From: a virus
IMG/VR virus record: IMGVR_UViG_3300048908_000307
Span: 9,112-73,111 of that record
Direction: 5' to 3' (one strand)
DNA: 64,000 nt
Both the position numbers and the translations under genes were made by a program. Shown here piece by piece: positions 7,971 to 16,065 of the stretch. The notes beneath the pieces were generated by a model, which worked only from the letters and a program-made list of their open reading frames with translations, had not been told where the DNA came from and made no database searches. Each line of letters opens with the position of its first letter. Positions within the stretch are counted from its first letter, which is position 1.

Positions 7971-8300
7971 TCAGGCGCCCTGAGTGGTGCGGGGACCGGC
8001 GGTTATGAGGCTGTCCTGCGCCTTGCCGCTGACGCCGGTCGGCTTCCACAGGCCGAAGTGGGAGAGCACCGCGGTGCCGAAGGAGACGAGCGTCAGGACG
8101 ATGGCGGTGCCGAGGCTCCAGCCGTCGGGGTGCGGGCCGGCGAGTTCGACGAGGAATCCGTTCGCCGCGGTCAGCGCGAGGAGCAGGACGGCCTTGACGC
8201 CGGCCGAGGTGACGCGGGTGGTGACGAGGCCGACGAGGACCGGGAGGACGACGCTTATCGCGAGGCCCAGCCAGTAGGCGGAGTCGAGGTTGATGTTCAT
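7971..8300 (-). CDS. Holin-like protein (3 TM segments)
   Basis: MNINLDSAYWLGLAISVVLPVLVGLVT...SHFGLWKPTG; directly after the endolysin. Confidence 0.8.
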   Translation of the reverse strand: MNINLDSAYWLGLAISVVLPVLVGLVTTRVTSAGVKAVLLLALTAANGFLVELAGPHPDGWSLGTAIVLTLVSFGTAVLSHFGLWKPTGVSGKAQDSLITAGPRTTQGA

Positions 8301-8322
8301 GGCGGGTTCCTTCGTGGTTGGG

Positions 8323-9210
8323 TCAGTCGATGACGGTGAAGCCGTGGGCGTTGCCGAGCCGGGTGAGCGAGCTCTTGCCGGGGATGCCGTCGGCGGCAGC
8401 TCCGGAGTAGCCGTAGCGGCGCTGGAGGGCGGCGTATGCGGTGACGGACCTGGTGCCGAAGCTGCCGTCGACGTACTGCGTCGCCAGGAGGCCCTCGGCG
8501 TGCAAAGCCTTCTCGACCACCAGGACTTCGTCCCGGTAGGTGGTGTGGCCCTGCGCTGCGGCCGGGTCGTGCCGGGCCGCGTATACGAGGTGCGCGACGC
8601 TGACCTTCGGCTTCGCCGGGGTCGGCGGCTTCGGCGGGGTGACCGGGGTGGTTCCGAACAGGTTGGGCATCGGCCCGGGGTCGACGTGCGAGTTGCCCGG
8701 GATCTGGTTGTGTCCGTAGTGCCCGCCGAGCTTCGTCCAGACGTCGAGGGACACGGTGTCGCGGACGAACCCGGTGGGGGCGCCGCCGGGCCAGACGTCG
8801 GCGATGCCGAGGCTCCGCAGCCACGCCACGATCTTGTCGAGGTTCTTGCAGGGGGTGTCCCGCACCGTCGCGTACTTCTTGCCGCCGACGGTCTCGCCCT
8901 CGGTGAAGACGGTCTCGATCTGGATGCAGTAGGCGCCGGTGCGGTTCGTCCGGACGTCGCCCGCGTTCTGCAGCGACAGCGAACGGGAGTCGGCGGGGAA
9001 CATCTGCGCGATCTCTCCGGTAAACGGCTCCCACAGCAGGTGGGGGGCCACGTCGGCGCCACCGGACGTGAACCAGCCGAGTTCGTTCTTGAACGTCCAG
9101 TCCGTCGCGTTGGACGTGATGTGCCAGACGGCCCGCGCCGGCCCGCCGTTCATCGCGCCGACGTTTCCGACGGCGTGCCGGGCGGCTCCCGGCATCCACA
9201 GGTCGACCAT
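8323..9210 (-). CDS. Endolysin: amidase-2-like domain, Pro linker, peptidoglycan-binding C-terminus
   Basis: AVWHIT, PHLLW, CIQIE, GHNQIPGNSHVDPG; C-terminal DGSFGTRSVTAY...ADGIPG. Confidence 0.85.
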   Translation of the reverse strand: MVDLWMPGAARHAVGNVGAMNGGPARAVWHITSNATDWTFKNELGWFTSGGADVAPHLLWEPFTGEIAQMFPADSRSLSLQNAGDVRTNRTGAYCIQIETVFTEGETVGGKKYATVRDTPCKNLDKIVAWLRSLGIADVWPGGAPTGFVRDTVSLDVWTKLGGHYGHNQIPGNSHVDPGPMPNLFGTTPVTPPKPPTPAKPKVSVAHLVYAARHDPAAAQGHTTYRDEVLVVEKALHAEGLLATQYVDGSFGTRSVTAYAALQRRYGYSGAAADGIPGKSSLTRLGNAHGFTVID

Positions 9211-9212
9211 GG

Positions 9213-10043
9213 TCAGGCTCCCGTCACGTTGTTGTCGTGCGCCCACGCCTGCATCAGAGCCACGACCTCAACCAGTCGAGGATCCGGAGCAGGAGCGGGC
9301 GCCGGAGGAGGGGTGGGCACCGGCGTTGGAGTAGGCGTCGGCGCCGTGATCCAGGCGGGGACGGTCACGTCGCCCTGCTGCGAGAGGAGCCACTGGACGT
9401 CCGACTCCTTGAACCAGGCGGATCCGCGCACACCCCAGGAGTCGCCCCAGCTGTTGTCGATGCGGAACGCCTGCCGGGTGGCGTCGTAGGCGGAGAGCAC
9501 GTACTCGTGGCCGCCAGCGACTTGGCTCTTGCGGTCGACTGTCACGAACCCGGTCGTCGGGTCGGGGTCGAACATCGACTCCAGCCAGACGGTGCCGGCC
9601 ATGACCGGGCCTGTCTGGAGTGCGGACTTGAGGGCGTCGAGGCTGAACGCGTGGGTGTAGGACGCGGCGAGGCCGAGCTTCTTCAGGGCCTTCGCTGCGC
9701 CGATGCCGCTGGAGCCGGTGTCGTCGGGCGGGTAGGTGCCGGTGATGCTGTCCAGTTGCGTGGCCAGCTCGTACACCTTTACGGCGAGGTCTTCGTCGAC
9801 GGGGACGACGTTGTTGCCGATCGTCGTCGAGGTGAGGCCGGTGCGGGTTGCGCTGTCGGTGCCGAGGAGTCCGGCCGCCGCGTTGCCGGTGCAGGAGCCG
9901 AGTTGGCCTTGGTCGAAGATCGGGGCCCGGCGGGTCCAGTCGACGGTCTTGATGGCGGTTTTCGGTAGGACGCCGTGGGCGAACTGGAGGCTGCGGGGGT
10001 CGTGTTCGACGTGGCGGCCGAGCGGTCTGTGCTGTGTGGCCAT
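9213..10043 (-). CDS. Papain-like (C1 family) cysteine peptidase
   Basis: DQGQLGSCTG (Gln, Cys), GGHE (His), DNSWGDSWG (Asn). Confidence 0.9.
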   Translation of the reverse strand: MATQHRPLGRHVEHDPRSLQFAHGVLPKTAIKTVDWTRRAPIFDQGQLGSCTGNAAAGLLGTDSATRTGLTSTTIGNNVVPVDEDLAVKVYELATQLDSITGTYPPDDTGSSGIGAAKALKKLGLAASYTHAFSLDALKSALQTGPVMAGTVWLESMFDPDPTTGFVTVDRKSQVAGGHEYVLSAYDATRQAFRIDNSWGDSWGVRGSAWFKESDVQWLLSQQGDVTVPAWITAPTPTPTPVPTPPPAPAPAPDPRLVEVVALMQAWAHDNNVTGA

Positions 10044-10236
10044 GCGGGTTCCCCTCACGACGGGCCTTTACCTTGGAATCGTAGCTCCAACCCCTCAATT
10101 CACCTACGAATCACAGGTAAGCTGTGAGTAGGTTCTTTGCTCAGAGGGCCTGTGGCAGGGGTGTGGCCGTGCGGGTCTGCACCCCTGCCGCTCAAATCCC
10201 GCGCCAACCCGCACACGCACCCGCACAGGAGCACCC

Positions 10237-10428
10237 ATGAGCAGCGACCTCACGATCCCCGCCCAGCGCGGACCCGCCCTGTTCTACGCATCCACGGAAC
10301 GCGGCGACGGCACGAGCACGGTCACCCGAATCGACATCACAGCGGTGGACGATCCCCGCGAACGCGCCCTCTGCCGGGGCCTATTGCTCCACGCGCTCGC
10401 CGTACTCGACGCCGGGAGTACCTCGTGA
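10237..10428 (+). CDS. Hypothetical protein, first gene of the plus-strand operon
   Basis: AGGAG RBS; overlapping chain of ORFs continues to 14445. Confidence 0.7.
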   Translation: MSSDLTIPAQRGPALFYASTERGDGTSTVTRIDITAVDDPRERALCRGLLLHALAVLDAGSTS

Positions 10429-10532
10429 ACGCCCTTTGCGCCGCCCTGGCCTGCCTGTTCGCGTTCGTCGCGCTCACGCAGCCGGTCGAGGCGCGCATCG
10501 ACTACACGCCAGCCGCCCGGAGTTCGCGATGA
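10425..10532 (+). CDS. Small hydrophobic peptide
   Basis: GTG start overlaps the upstream stop; MNALCAALACLFAFVALTQPVEA. Confidence 0.45.
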   Translation: MNALCAALACLFAFVALTQPVEARIDYTPAARSSR

Positions 10533-10828
10533 GCGGCCCGTGCACGCGCCCGGAGTGCGGCGGCGAAGTCCACACCGACGGCTGGGGCACGCCGATCCAG
10601 TGCCCGGCCCGCCGCTGCCCCCGCTGCGACTGCCCCGACGGCGCTGAGCAGTGCGAGCACTGCAAGGTCTGCCCCCACGCGGACCGGGCGGACGGCAGCA
10701 ACCCCTCTACGGCCGTCGAGCTCGGCGCCGCCCTGCGCGCCGCGCGCGGCCACCTCGACTACTGGCAGCAGCGCGTCGACCAACTCGACCGGCAAGTCGG
10801 CAGGTTCATCGACCGGGAGGCGCCGTGA
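10529..10828 (+). CDS. Cys-rich hypothetical protein
   Basis: CTRPECGG...CPRCDCPDG..QCEHCKVC; ATGA coupling. Confidence 0.6.
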   Translation: MSGPCTRPECGGEVHTDGWGTPIQCPARRCPRCDCPDGAEQCEHCKVCPHADRADGSNPSTAVELGAALRAARGHLDYWQQRVDQLDRQVGRFIDREAP

Positions 10829-10974
10829 ACACTGCCATCGCCATCACGGCGATCATCGCCGTGCTGCTCCTCGCCAGCACCATCGTCACCGCCGTCCGCG
10901 ACGTGGCCAAGGCCAAGCACCAGGCCGCCGCGCACTGCAAGACCTGCACCTGCGACAAGAGGGCAGAGTCGTGA
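10825..10974 (+). CDS. Small membrane protein
   Basis: MNTAIAITAIIAVLLLASTIVTAV; GGAGG RBS. Confidence 0.6.
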   Translation: MNTAIAITAIIAVLLLASTIVTAVRDVAKAKHQAAAHCKTCTCDKRAES

Positions 10975-11426
10975 CGGACCTGCACGGCTGGATCACCCAG
11001 CAGGTCGACAACGCGGAGACGCTCGCCGACCGGTGGCACGACATCGAATGCGACGTGCACCGTTCCCATCTCGACGCCCCGATCAGCAGCCTCAGCGATG
11101 CCCTATGCCGCTGCGGAGGCCCAACCGCAGCTCGGCGCCGCTGTGCCGCCGACCGGAAGATCCTCGGTGATCACACCACCTTCGGTGACGACAGTGTCCA
11201 CTGCATCGGCTGCGGGATCGACTACGAGAGCGGCCCGCTCGTCGACAACGTCAACGACTGCCCGACGCTCCTCGCGCTCGCGGAGGGCTACGGACTGACG
11301 CCGGAAATCCTCGCCGGACTCGACCGGCCACAGGCGCCCGAGCCCAAACGACGCGGGCCCACGCCCGACACCCGCCGTGTCCCGCCCGCCCTGCGCGGCC
11401 CCAATTGGAAAGGCACCACAGCATGA
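10971..11426 (+). CDS. DUF6221-like hypothetical protein
   Basis: LHGWITQQV...RRCAADRKIL..H...CPTLLALAEGYG pattern. Confidence 0.65.
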   Translation: MTDLHGWITQQVDNAETLADRWHDIECDVHRSHLDAPISSLSDALCRCGGPTAARRRCAADRKILGDHTTFGDDSVHCIGCGIDYESGPLVDNVNDCPTLLALAEGYGLTPEILAGLDRPQAPEPKRRGPTPDTRRVPPALRGPNWKGTTA

Positions 11427-12376
11427 AGACGCTCGTGACCGGCGGCGCCGGGTTCATCGGTACATGGATCAGGCGAGAGCTTCTCTCGCGCGGCCACACG
11501 GTCCTCGTCATGGACCACCAGGACCGCCGCCAGCAGCTGGCGCCCGGCGAGGAGTTCTTCCTCGGCGACGTCCGCGACGCCACCGCCGTAACGGAGGCTG
11601 CCGCGCACTGCGAGGGAATCATCCACCTCGCCGCCGTCCTCGGCACCCAGGAGACGATCAGCAACCCGCGCCCATCGGCGGAGACGAACATCCTCGGCTC
11701 GCTGAACGTCTTCGAGGCTGCCACGCAGTACAACCTGCCCGTCGTCTACGCAGGGGTGGGCAACCACTTCATGCGGCTCCAGGGAACCGGCTGCTACACG
11801 ATCACCAAGAGCGCCGCCGAGGATCTGGCGAGGATGTACAACCTCTACCGGGACGGCGGTCGGATCACCATCGTCCGCCCCGTCAACGCCTACGGCCCCG
11901 GCCAGAGCGTCGCCGCCCCCTACGGCACCAGCAAGGTTCGCAAAATCGCGCCCTCCTTCGCGTGCCGCGCCCTCGTCGGCAGCCCCATCGAGGTGTACGG
12001 GGACGGCACCCAGATCTCCGACTGCGTGTACGTCGCCGACGTCGCCCGCGCGTTCGTCACCGCGCTCGAGCACACCGCCGTCAACGGGCCCACCGAACAC
12101 CCCGTCGAGGTCGGGCCGCTGGAATCCCTCACCGTCAACGACATCGCCCGCCTCGTCGCCGAGGAAGCCACCCGCTACACGGGCCGCGAGCCGGTCGCGA
12201 TCAAGCACCTGCCGATGCGGCCCGGCGAGATCCCCAACGCGGTCGTCACCTCCGACACGTCCACGCTCCAGCAGATCGGCATGACCGCCGCCGACTTCGT
12301 GCCGTTGGACGAGGGCATCCACCACACCGTCCGCTACTACGCCGAGCAGTGGCTCCCCGGGTATCTGGCGGCCTGA
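11423..12376 (+). CDS. NAD-dependent nucleotide-sugar epimerase/dehydratase (extended SDR)
   Basis: MKTLVTGGAGFIG, IIHLAA, YTITK (YxxxK), NAYGPGQ, YVADVA. Confidence 0.92.
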   Translation: MKTLVTGGAGFIGTWIRRELLSRGHTVLVMDHQDRRQQLAPGEEFFLGDVRDATAVTEAAAHCEGIIHLAAVLGTQETISNPRPSAETNILGSLNVFEAATQYNLPVVYAGVGNHFMRLQGTGCYTITKSAAEDLARMYNLYRDGGRITIVRPVNAYGPGQSVAAPYGTSKVRKIAPSFACRALVGSPIEVYGDGTQISDCVYVADVARAFVTALEHTAVNGPTEHPVEVGPLESLTVNDIARLVAEEATRYTGREPVAIKHLPMRPGEIPNAVVTSDTSTLQQIGMTAADFVPLDEGIHHTVRYYAEQWLPGYLAA

Positions 12377-12377
12377 C

Positions 12378-13394
12378 GTGCGCATCCACATGTGGTCGGC
12401 CGACGAGGCAGGTTCCGCCCTGTACCGGGCGATCCTGCCCGGCATGAGCCTGCAGTGGCTCGGGCACGCCGTGTCCGCCGGGATGCGGCTCCCGAAGGAC
12501 TGGCCCGCCCTGGACGTCGTCGCCGGCTGCCGCGTCGCCAAACCGGAGCCGACCATGATGTGGCAGCGGCTGAAGGACGACGGGAAGAGGTTGATTCTCG
12601 ACCTCGACGACGACTACTTTCACCTCGACCCCGCCAACCAGGCCGCCGTCCGCACCTGGGACAAGGCGATGCTGCAACGCCTCGCCGACAACATGGCGCT
12701 CGCCGACGTCGTCACCTGCTGCTCCGAACCGCTGGCCGCCGTCCTGCGGGACTACGCGGTCGACGTCCGGGTCATCCCCAACGGGCTGCCCGCGCAGTAC
12801 CTCGGCACGCCCCGCGACTACCAGGCGAAGGACCGGCCGCTGTCCGTGGGCTGGGCCGGCACGTCGTCCACGGTCGCCGAACTCCCGGAGGCGGTCCGGG
12901 CTCTGAACCGGATCTCCCACTACCCGCGGCCCGGTGGCGTGCAGGTCCGCATCGTCGGCATCAGCCCCGAGCACGCGATGGCGCTCGGTCTCCGCGGCAG
13001 GCAGATCGGTGCGTTGGGCTGGGTGGAGCGGCACGAGCACTACATGCAGGCGGTCGGCGAGTGGGACGTGTGGGTGGCGCCATACCGGGACATCCCGTTC
13101 AACCGGGCGAAGTTCGCAACCAAATTCCTCGAGGCGTCGATCCTCGGCATCCCGCTGATCGCGTCGGACATCGAGCCGTACCGGCGGGTGATCCGGCATG
13201 GGGAGAACGGGTTCCTCGTCCGGTACGAGCACGAGTGGGGGCGCCTGCTGAAGCAGTTGGCGGACGACCCTGAGCTGCGGCAGCAGATCGGCATGACGGC
13301 CCGCGGGGAAGCGTCCGGGTCGATCCTTCAGGCACTCAACCGACAGTGGGAAGCGGCGCTCTCTGCGCCCGCGGCAGAGAGGACAGCAGCATGA
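12378..13394 (+). CDS. Glycosyltransferase, GT-B fold (GT4-like)
   Basis: DLDDDY, VRVIPNGLP, VGWAG, FNRAKFATKFLEASILGIPLIASD..PY, ENGFLV. Confidence 0.88.
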   Translation: MRIHMWSADEAGSALYRAILPGMSLQWLGHAVSAGMRLPKDWPALDVVAGCRVAKPEPTMMWQRLKDDGKRLILDLDDDYFHLDPANQAAVRTWDKAMLQRLADNMALADVVTCCSEPLAAVLRDYAVDVRVIPNGLPAQYLGTPRDYQAKDRPLSVGWAGTSSTVAELPEAVRALNRISHYPRPGGVQVRIVGISPEHAMALGLRGRQIGALGWVERHEHYMQAVGEWDVWVAPYRDIPFNRAKFATKFLEASILGIPLIASDIEPYRRVIRHGENGFLVRYEHEWGRLLKQLADDPELRQQIGMTARGEASGSILQALNRQWEAALSAPAAERTAA

Positions 13395-14239
13395 TTGACG
13401 GTCACAAGGTGGCTTGTTGGACCCCGTTCGGCCGGGAAAATACCGTGTCGATCCTGGTGAAGTACATCGAGCGGGAGGTGAAGCGCGGCATCGTCGATGA
13501 GTACATCCTGTACATGAACACCGACGACAGCCAGGTCAGCGACCGCGCCTACGGCTACCAGCTCGCCGAGCAGTACGACTGGATCCGCATCATCGAGCGC
13601 CCGATGAAGCACCCCGGGCCGAAGCAGCGCTCGACCGGATACGCGTACCGGTCCTTCACCGACCTCGAAACGATCTACGTCCGTTTCGACGATGACGTGG
13701 TGTTCGTGGACGACGCGGCCATCGAGAACCTCGTCCGCAAGAAGATCGAGATGGAGCCGTCGAAGGCGATCTTCCCGATCATCTGGAACAACGCGCTCGT
13801 CTCCTGGTACCTCCAGCAGTGCGGCACCATCCCCCGCGAATGGGGCGAGGTCTCCCCGTACTGCATGGACCCGGTTGGCTGGGCCAACGGCCCGTTCGCG
13901 GTGAAGATGCACGAACTCCTGCTCGGCCACATCGAGGCCGGAACCGTCGAGCAGGTCTACATGTACCAGGACTTCCCGATCAAGCTCGGAGAGCAGTTCT
14001 CCGTGTCCTGCTTCGCCTCCGCCGGGAAGGACTACGCGGCCCTCGAACAGCCCGGCGTCCTCGTGCCGGACGAGGAGGAAAACTTCCACACCGTGCACTG
14101 GCCGCGCGTGACCGGCCAGCCGAACATCCTCATCGGCAACGCCGTGGTCTCCCACTTCTCATTCTTCCCGCAGAGGCCCTTCCTGGACGCCTCGGGCGTC
14201 CTCGACCGGTACCGCGAACTCGCAGACAAGGTGGCGTGA
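13391..14239 (+). CDS. Glycosyltransferase, GT-A-like fold
   Basis: WTPFGR, YVRFDDDVVFVD (DxD motif). Confidence 0.75.
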   Translation: MIDGHKVACWTPFGRENTVSILVKYIEREVKRGIVDEYILYMNTDDSQVSDRAYGYQLAEQYDWIRIIERPMKHPGPKQRSTGYAYRSFTDLETIYVRFDDDVVFVDDAAIENLVRKKIEMEPSKAIFPIIWNNALVSWYLQQCGTIPREWGEVSPYCMDPVGWANGPFAVKMHELLLGHIEAGTVEQVYMYQDFPIKLGEQFSVSCFASAGKDYAALEQPGVLVPDEEENFHTVHWPRVTGQPNILIGNAVVSHFSFFPQRPFLDASGVLDRYRELADKVA

Positions 14240-14445
14240 TGGGCACGCAAATCAGCGTCGAGGACGCCTTCCCCGTCTACCGGAAGCGGTGCGGCGAGCT
14301 GTTCGACGAGACCCTCGTCCTGCGTGCGCAGGTCGAGGTGCTGGAGCGGCGCGTGAAGGAGCTCGAAGACGACGCGCAGCAGCCGCCGGCTGGCGGCCCG
14401 GATCTGGCCGCGCAGCCGCCGTACCCGGAGGTCGAGCCGGGTTAG
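14239..14445 (+). CDS. Small coiled-coil protein, last gene of the glycosylation operon
   Basis: TGATG coupling; ELFDETLVLRAQVEVLERRVKELE. Confidence 0.7.
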   Translation: MGTQISVEDAFPVYRKRCGELFDETLVLRAQVEVLERRVKELEDDAQQPPAGGPDLAAQPPYPEVEPG

Positions 14446-14522
14446 GGCCGCCGCATGCCGAGGAGGCTGCCGATGGCGATGATGCCGACCTCGATGAGCA
14501 GGATGACTTCGAACGTGGACAT
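14442..14522 (-). CDS. 26-aa single-TM microprotein MSTFEVILLIEVGIIAIGSLLGMRRP
   Basis: AGGAGG RBS right after the tail-fibre stop; below the ORF-track cutoff. Confidence 0.6.
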   Translation of the reverse strand: MSTFEVILLIEVGIIAIGSLLGMRRP

Positions 14523-14534
14523 GGCGGTTTCCTC

Positions 14535-15482
14535 CTATGCGATGCGTTCGGCGTAGTAGCCGAGGCAGGTCAGGGTGTTGGCGGCGTTGGCGGTGCCCCA
14601 GGTGGCGGTGAGGCAGATTTGCTGGCTGGCGGTGGAGTCGCGGGTGCCGGGGGTGGTGCCGTCGAGGAGGGGGGCGGGGGTGACGATGGGGGGGCCGCCG
14701 GTGACGCTCCATCCTTCGGTGGTGAGTAGTGATCCTTGGAAGGATCCTGAGGCGCCGGTGGCGAGGCAGACGACTTCGCCGACGCACTGCCAGGCGCGGG
14801 TGCTGGCTCCGGCGGCGCCTGCGGTGCGGTTTTGGCTTTGTGCCATCTGGTAGCCGCCGGTTCCGCCGATCTTCCATTTCCAGTTCATGGTGGGGGTGGT
14901 TGCGGCGGCGGCGGAGATGGTGCCCCAGGCTTTGATGCGGTAGACGGCGCCGACGACGGCGTCGTTTGCGGGGACGGTCATGGATGCGATGACTGTCTCT
15001 GTGACGGTGTTGGCGACGGTGGTCTGTGCGCTGAGCTGGTTGCGGTAGGTGGTGGTGCCGCCGACGAGTTTGAGGTCGCCGCCGACGGTGACGTTGCCGA
15101 CTGTGACGAGGGCGTCGTCGGTCTTTAGGACGTTGGCGGCGCTGCGGTAGAGGTTGGTGTCGGCGCCGATGAGGAGTTGTACGCCGGAGGCGAGTTTCAG
15201 GTTGGAGCCGAAGGTCGAGCTGCTGTTGGGGATTTCGACCCAGGACGCGGACGCGGGCGCGGTGCCGTTGGAGAAGAACGTGCTGTAGGCGGTGTCGGAC
15301 TGGGCGATGGGCTTGCCCGCATACGGGGTCGCGGGGCGGGTGCCGGAGGTGACGACCTGGTAGCCGACGGCCGTGTCGACCTTGTCCCAGTTCTGGCCGA
15401 GGTCTTGGGTGTAGTTGACCAGCTCGGACCCGTCCGACTTGGACTTGTACAGGGCCAGCCTGGTGGTGGACGGATCAGGCAC
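14535..15482 (-). CDS. Tail fibre / receptor-binding protein
   Basis: MPDPSTTRLALYK..DGSELVNY..D...NWDKVD N-terminus; Thr/Gly-rich beta-strand body; last large tail gene. Confidence 0.7.
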   Translation of the reverse strand: MPDPSTTRLALYKSKSDGSELVNYTQDLGQNWDKVDTAVGYQVVTSGTRPATPYAGKPIAQSDTAYSTFFSNGTAPASASWVEIPNSSSTFGSNLKLASGVQLLIGADTNLYRSAANVLKTDDALVTVGNVTVGGDLKLVGGTTTYRNQLSAQTTVANTVTETVIASMTVPANDAVVGAVYRIKAWGTISAAAATTPTMNWKWKIGGTGGYQMAQSQNRTAGAAGASTRAWQCVGEVVCLATGASGSFQGSLLTTEGWSVTGGPPIVTPAPLLDGTTPGTRDSTASQQICLTATWGTANAANTLTCLGYYAERIA

Positions 15483-16053
15483 GGGGGGCGCTCCTTTCGG
15501 CGCGGGACAGTTCCCGGGCTTCGGTCTCGGTGAGTTGGCCGCGTAGCGCTCGCCGGTGCAGGTCGACCTCGCGCGCTCTGGAGACGACCCCGGCCATGGT
15601 GACGCCGTGTTCGGCGCGGATTCGGTCGAGCGGGTCGGGCCCCTTGGCGGGAGGGTGCACGCGTCCTCGGGTCTTCTTGGCGTGTGCGACCCGTGCGAGG
15701 TGCGCATCGCGCGCGTGTTTGATCGTTGGCGCGTTGAACAGGTCGGTGGGAACCATCTGACCCCTCCGTGCCGCCCCGTTGGAGACAAGCGCGGGCGAGA
15801 GCATGCCTTGCGCTGCCGCTGCGTCCTCGATCTCTCCGCCTGGGGAGTGGACGAACTGCTCGTGTAGCACGATGTCGAGCAGCGTTTCGACGTCGGCGGG
15901 GTCGAAGCCGTACTCGGCGGCCCGCTGCTCGAGCGTGATTTTGGGGAAGACGTAGGCGTGTTTCGAGCCGTCGGGGCGGGTCATGACGACCGCCCAGCAC
16001 TCGATATGGGGATTGGGGAAGTACGTGTCCACCGATTCGACGGTGAAGTCCAT
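15475..16053 (-). CDS. Tail-region hypothetical protein
   Basis: Between the large minor tail protein and the fibre, with overlapping ends. Confidence 0.75.
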   Translation of the reverse strand: MDFTVESVDTYFPNPHIECWAVVMTRPDGSKHAYVFPKITLEQRAAEYGFDPADVETLLDIVLHEQFVHSPGGEIEDAAAAQGMLSPALVSNGAARRGQMVPTDLFNAPTIKHARDAHLARVAHAKKTRGRVHPPAKGPDPLDRIRAEHGVTMAGVVSRAREVDLHRRALRGQLTETEARELSRAERSAPRA

Positions 16054-16065
16054 GAGCCCTCCTTT

